64,000 bases of DNA. It comes from an uncultured bacterium (GTDB lineage Bacteria; Babelota; Babeliae; Babelales; Babelaceae). Positions within the stretch are counted from its first letter, which is position 1, and every line of letters starts with the position of its first letter. Location: contig OY970209.1 of NCBI GenBank assembly GCA_963713855.1, forward strand, positions 384,001 through 448,000. The letters are read 5' to 3'. Shown here piece after piece: positions 59,337 through 64,000 of this stretch. The position numbers were made by a program, and so were the translations under genes. The notes beneath the pieces were generated by a model. That model made no database searches and had not been told where the DNA came from. It worked only from the letters and a program-made list of their open reading frames with translations.

Positions 59337-60184
59337 TAAAAAGGTTGTTTTTGTTGATGCTTATGATGTTTTTATCTGCTACTATAGAGCAGTCCCTGAT
59401 TGCCAAAAATAACAAGTCAACGTCCCAGGCCAAGATACTGTATCTTGATCTAATCAAGAAGTCTTTGATTAACCATATTTACCAAGATGCCGGCTTAGAT
59501 TATGCTCACGGTGAAGTAAAACCCTATGATTCAGCAGTCAGAGAACAAGGAAAAGATTGGCCAGTTCGTGCTCATACCATGATTGGCTTGAAGCGCTTGG
59601 ACAATCTGCAGGCCTGTATTGAAAGTGTTTTGAAAAATAATGTTCCGGGGGACCTTATAGAAACGGGGGTATGGCGTGGAGGGGCGACTATTTTAATGCG
59701 AGCTGTTCTTAAAGCTTATGGTGTTACTAATCGTAACGTATGGGTTGCTGATTCTTTTCAAGGCTTGCCAAAACCCGATACTGAAAAATATCCTGAGGAC
59801 TCTTTTCTTGCTCAAAACAATATCCAAGATATTAAAGAACTTGCTGTTGGCTTAGAAGAGGTAAAATCTAACTTTAGAAAATATGACCTTTTGGATGGTC
59901 GCGTAAAGTTTTTAAAAGGATGGTTTAAAGACACTTTACCATCGGCACCTATAAAGAAATTGGCTGTACTTCGCCTCGATGGAGATCTCTATGAATCTAC
60001 CATACTGGCTCTTAGGCACTTGTATCCCAAGCTGTCTATTGGAGGATACGTTATTATAGATGATTACAATGGCCTAGATGATGCATGTAAAAAAGCAGTA
60101 AACTATTATCGTAAAAAGCATCACATTACTGAACCAATTATCAAGATTGACAGTGAAGGGATCTTCTGGCAAAAGAAAAAATAG
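59333..60184 (+). CDS. TylF/MycF/NovP-family sugar O-methyltransferase, signal-like N-terminus
   Basis: TMIGLKRL, GDLIETGVWRGG, DSFQGLP, GWFKDTL, LRLDGDLYES, IDDY. Confidence 0.92.
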   Translation: MIKRLFLLMLMMFLSATIEQSLIAKNNKSTSQAKILYLDLIKKSLINHIYQDAGLDYAHGEVKPYDSAVREQGKDWPVRAHTMIGLKRLDNLQACIESVLKNNVPGDLIETGVWRGGATILMRAVLKAYGVTNRNVWVADSFQGLPKPDTEKYPEDSFLAQNNIQDIKELAVGLEEVKSNFRKYDLLDGRVKFLKGWFKDTLPSAPIKKLAVLRLDGDLYESTILALRHLYPKLSIGGYVIIDDYNGLDDACKKAVNYYRKKHHITEPIIKIDSEGIFWQKKK

Positions 60185-60241
60185 TTGATTGACACAAAAC
60201 GTATATATACTTGTTGTGATTCTCAATAAAAAGAGGCAGTA

Positions 60242-61231
60242 ATGAAATCAATAAGGTCTTATTTTACGAGGATTATTGGAGCACTCCTTATAAGTTTTAC
60301 CTTACAAGTAAGGTGTGCTCAAGCGCCCACGTTCCTCGTGTTTGGGGGAAAAAGTGGTTGGATTGGGCAAAAGATAGTCAAATTACTTGAAGAACAGGGC
60401 CATAAGGTAGCTGTTGCACAGTCACGTCTTGAAAATCGACAAGATGTCGAAAAAGAGATTGAAACGGTACAACCAAAGTACGTTATTAACGCAGCGGGCC
60501 TCACTGGTAGGCCAAATATAGACTGGTGTGAAGACAACCAACCAGCAACTATTAGAGCAAATATTATAGGAGCATTAACTCTTGTTGATGTTTGTTTTTT
60601 GCGAGGTATCCATGTTACGAACTTTGGTACTGGTTGCATTTACGAATACGATAAGGATCACGCCCTTAACAGTGGCATCGGTTTTAAAGAAGAAGACACT
60701 CCTAATTTTACGGGTTCTTTTTATTCAAAAACGAAAGTTATGCTTGATGAACTCTTCAAATCGTATAATAACGTTTTAAATTTAAGATTACGTATGCCTA
60801 TTTCTGATGATTTACATGGGCGTAGTTTTATAACTAAAATTGTACATTACGATAAGGTAATTGACGTTCCTAATTCGATGAGCGTGCTTTCTGATCTTTT
60901 ACCCATTGCAATAAAGATGACGGTAAAAGAATTAAAAGGTAACTACAATTTTGTAAATCCGGGAGCTATATCGCATTCGGAGATATTAGATCTCTACAAA
61001 ATTTTTATAGATCCAAGTTTTACTTATAAAATCTTTACTGTTGCTGAACAGGACACCATCCTTAAAGCCCGTCGCTCTAATAACGAGCTTGATGTAAGTA
61101 AGCTTCTTAAAGAATTTCCCGAGATACCACCCATTAAAGATTCTATAAAGGAGATGTTTAAAAGAATGAAAAACAGCAAAACGACATTAGATGAGCTTCT
61201 TAAAAACGATTATCACATAATTGGCACCTAA
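60242..61231 (+). CDS. NDP-4-keto-6-deoxyglucose 3,5-epimerase/4-reductase (plant NRS/ER-type), signal-like N-terminus
   Basis: GWIG, NAAGLTGRPNIDWCE, TGCIYEYD, GIGFKEEDTPNFTGSFYSKTK, RMPIS, RSNNELD. Confidence 0.9.
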   Translation: MKSIRSYFTRIIGALLISFTLQVRCAQAPTFLVFGGKSGWIGQKIVKLLEEQGHKVAVAQSRLENRQDVEKEIETVQPKYVINAAGLTGRPNIDWCEDNQPATIRANIIGALTLVDVCFLRGIHVTNFGTGCIYEYDKDHALNSGIGFKEEDTPNFTGSFYSKTKVMLDELFKSYNNVLNLRLRMPISDDLHGRSFITKIVHYDKVIDVPNSMSVLSDLLPIAIKMTVKELKGNYNFVNPGAISHSEILDLYKIFIDPSFTYKIFTVAEQDTILKARRSNNELDVSKLLKEFPEIPPIKDSIKEMFKRMKNSKTTLDELLKNDYHIIGT

Positions 61232-61254
61232 AAGTATTGCAGTGAAGGTAACTA

Positions 61255-62427
61255 ATGAAGCGCTTTAATTTCTTTTTTATAATGAGCACCGTACAACTAT
61301 TTTCATGGGCAGCGATCAACAATGCTTATGAATGTTCTCTTAATGGGCAAGTTGGACTTGCTGACTTAGAAATGGTATCTACTGGAAATGCTACCAATCA
61401 TAAAACAGTTCTCATAACTGGTGGCGCAGGGTTTATTGGAAGCAATTTCCTGCGCTATATGTTTGACAAATATCCAAGCTACCATTTTATAGTCCTAGAC
61501 TTGCTCACGTATGCTGGATCTCTCGACAACATACCGGACTATATTAAGTTTTCTAAGCGCTTTGAATTTAGCTATGGCTCAGTGACCAATATTCCCCTTG
61601 TTGATTCTCTCATGCAAAAAGCCGATTATGTGGTACATTTTGCCGCTGAAACACATGTTACTCGTAGTATAGCCGACGACGCTGTGTTCTTTGAATCTGA
61701 TGTACTTGGGTCGCGCGTTCTTATGTCGAATCTTGTTAAACATGCTCATAAGGTAGAACGGTATATCCATATATCGACCTCAGAGGTATATGGCACTGCT
61801 CTAGTAGAACCTATGACCGAAGAACATCCTTTAAATCCTCGTTCTTCTTATGCTGCTGCAAAGGCTGGTGGCGATAGGCTTGTGCATGCTTATTGGTGTA
61901 CCTATGATATTCCGGCAGTTATTGTAAGACCCTTTAACAATTATGGGCCTCAGCAGCATCCTGAAAAAATGATGGCGCGCTTTATTACCAGCGCTATTAG
62001 AGAGCAGCCATTAACCATTCATGGGACGGGGCTGCAAGCACGTGATTGGCTACACACCAATGATACCTGCGCTGCTTTAGATGCTGTCTTACACGCCAAA
62101 GATTTTTCTAAAATAAAAAATCAAGTGATCAATCTTGGTACCGGTAAAGCGGCATCTGTTTTGGCTATTGCCAAAATGATTCTTAGCTTTTTTAATAAGT
62201 CTGAGGAGTTAATTAGCCACATATTAGATCGTCCAGGTCAGGTAGTAAATCACATTTCGTCAATCGAAAAAGCAAAGAAACTATTGGACTGGCAAGCAAA
62301 TGTGCAACTGGAAGAAGGCTTAAAAGAAGTGTGTGAGTGGTATGTTAATAATGTCGATCATTGGAAAAAAGCTGAGTTTATGAAGCGCATACCTTTACGC
62401 TTTAATAGCACTTTAGTTATCCAATAA
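61255..62427 (+). CDS. rfbB: NDP-glucose 4,6-dehydratase (RmlB/RfbB-like), N-terminal extension
   Basis: TGGAGFIGSN, DLLTYAG, HFAAETHV, YAAAK, NNYGP.QHPEK. Confidence 0.85.
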   Translation: MKRFNFFFIMSTVQLFSWAAINNAYECSLNGQVGLADLEMVSTGNATNHKTVLITGGAGFIGSNFLRYMFDKYPSYHFIVLDLLTYAGSLDNIPDYIKFSKRFEFSYGSVTNIPLVDSLMQKADYVVHFAAETHVTRSIADDAVFFESDVLGSRVLMSNLVKHAHKVERYIHISTSEVYGTALVEPMTEEHPLNPRSSYAAAKAGGDRLVHAYWCTYDIPAVIVRPFNNYGPQQHPEKMMARFITSAIREQPLTIHGTGLQARDWLHTNDTCAALDAVLHAKDFSKIKNQVINLGTGKAASVLAIAKMILSFFNKSEELISHILDRPGQVVNHISSIEKAKKLLDWQANVQLEEGLKEVCEWYVNNVDHWKKAEFMKRIPLRFNSTLVIQ

Positions 62428-62464
62428 CTAAAAAAAGCTAAGATCAGGAAAATGGCATCATCTT

Positions 62465-63031
62465 TTATTGTAAAGATAGTGTATCGAGGAATTTTTTAAA
62501 GGATTCGAGCGCTTTGATTCGTTGATTCCATTGTTTCTTTTCATCATAGAGCATTTCTGCATACGTTTTTAGGCAGTTATCTGGTTGAAAGACGCTTGCC
62601 CAACCGAATCCAAAAGTGCCGCGAGGCTCTACAATTCTGCCACCTGTAGCTCCGGAAAAGATGTGTATAGCGTTATCATGAGAAACATACGCAAGAACGG
62701 TCTCCGCCATCGCAGCACCATTTCCCATACGTAAGGCTAGCTCATAAAGCCCATGAGCACCCAGTTCTTGTAAAAACCACTTTATAAGAGGGCCAGGAAG
62801 CCGATTAAGTCCGCTAAAGTAGAGCGAAGTGTCTTCTAATATGAAATTACTGTAACCAGCTGCTTGGGCTTGTTCTATTTTGTGGTGGATGATCTTGAGA
62901 GGGTCAACGGCTTGTATTTCTTCAAGGTCTAGCGGGACTTGCTCTATAGAAAGGCTGGTATCGCTTAAGAATGAGGCAATTTCTTCAAATTTGCCTTGAT
63001 TGCTTGTAAGGACGATAAGATGATTCTTCAT
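62465..63031 (-). CDS. HAM1/RdgB/ITPase-family NTP pyrophosphatase (divergent)
   Basis: TSNQGK, DLEEIQ, EDTSL, LPGPLIKWF, FGW, TYAEM. Confidence 0.85.
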   Translation of the reverse strand: MKNHLIVLTSNQGKFEEIASFLSDTSLSIEQVPLDLEEIQAVDPLKIIHHKIEQAQAAGYSNFILEDTSLYFSGLNRLPGPLIKWFLQELGAHGLYELALRMGNGAAMAETVLAYVSHDNAIHIFSGATGGRIVEPRGTFGFGWASVFQPDNCLKTYAEMLYDEKKQWNQRIKALESFKKFLDTLSLQ

Positions 63032-63047
63032 AAAAACCTGAATAAAA

Positions 63048-63423
63048 TGGTGGAGGCGATGGGAATCGAACCCATGTCCGCAATACCTAGACCTTAAAGC
63101 ACTCCATGCTCAGTCCCTGGTTATACAGCGCATCTACCCCAAAGACAAGATCTGATGCACAGTCTTATTTTGTATAATATCAAGCTACAAAGCAAGAAAA
63201 CCTCACTTGATAGTCACATCTTATTACTACGAGTTGGCTCAATTGATGGACACATCAAGACAACAAGCGCTTAGTGCCCTTAGGCAAAAGCTGGGACAGC
63301 CATGCTGCTGCCCCCTACGGTATGTTCGCCGTTTATTGTTTAGATTCTTTTTTTACGAGCACTGAATCAAAGCTCGGCATGCACTCCAAGATTTCAATAC
63401 CACGTCGAAGCCAGTACGCCCCC
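63048..63423 (-). ncRNA. ssrA: tmRNA
   Basis: 5' GGGGGCGTACTGGCTTCGAC; 3' GGGTTCGATTCCCATCGCCTCCACCA; internal tag frame 63330-63280 GEHTVGGSSMAVPAFA-stop. Confidence 0.95.
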
Positions 63424-63433
63424 GTGTCTTTCA

Positions 63434-63462
63434 AAAGTACCTAAAAATTGCCATTTTGTCAA
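63434..63462 (-). promoter_or_regulatory. Promoter for ssrA
   Basis: TTGACA-17 bp-TACTTT on the minus strand. Confidence 0.7.
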
Positions 63463-64000
63463 GATATGCTTGTCAGAATAGTGATCAGTGCTGCCATATT
63501 AGAGAATCTTTTTATTAATGATAGCGTCTATGTTAGACCAGGCACCAATATTTCCTTTAGAGCGGTGCCAATTTCTATCGCCGCCATAAATTACATAAGA
63601 ATCATCGGCTGATGCATAGTTTATTAATTCCTGCTCTAAGCTTCGATGTATCACGAAACTCCTCCGTTGGTCCTTAGAAGATATATATGATGTTCTTATC
63701 AACATACCAAATTATTTTTTGAATACGACTACTTTAAATGTGCGTAAAATTAGGCATTATAATATAATTATTTCTATTATAGAACATTTGTCGTAGTCAA
63801 ATGTTCTATTCTTTGATTTAAGTATTTCTTGTCATCCGTTTAGATTCGATAACGTCTATAAAAGTACCTAACAAGGCCTCATCGTAGAAAAAGAGTGTTT
63901 TCAATAACTACAATGTTGTTAAAAAAACAATTAACGTTAGAGAATGTCGACTATCACGTCGCCAGTCATGAGTCTAAAAAGCGTAAGCATACTCAATAGC

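Noticed and set aside
63499..63705. 68-aa ORF upstream of ssrA
   Set aside because: No recognisable motif or RBS; may be a gene remnant but cannot be supported

Overview
Chromosomal window from a reduced, probably host-associated bacterium. The mix of housekeeping genes, ankyrin and beta-propeller proteins and many signal-peptide orphans resembles Candidatus Dependentiae/Babelota (TM6); this is inference only. The window holds a likely replication origin (about 11.58-11.89 kb, no dnaA in the window), core genes (nusA, infB, aspS, gatB, rng, mnmE, ruvA, priA, pth, orn, nfo, pgsA), tRNA-Gly(GCC), tmRNA, a tyrosine recombinase and several putative exported effectors. Most unusual: (1) three copies of a highly structured 210-295 bp intergenic element whose core is inverted relative to its outer flanks in one copy; (2) a 10.5 kb glycosyltransferase/methyltransferase/NDP-rhamnose locus in which all nine enzymes, including normally cytosolic ones, carry N-terminal signal-peptide-like segments, with a eukaryote-type NRS/ER; (3) a promoter- and terminator-bounded 200 nt candidate sRNA with an anti-SD-like loop. 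All calls were made by eye; no searches were run.
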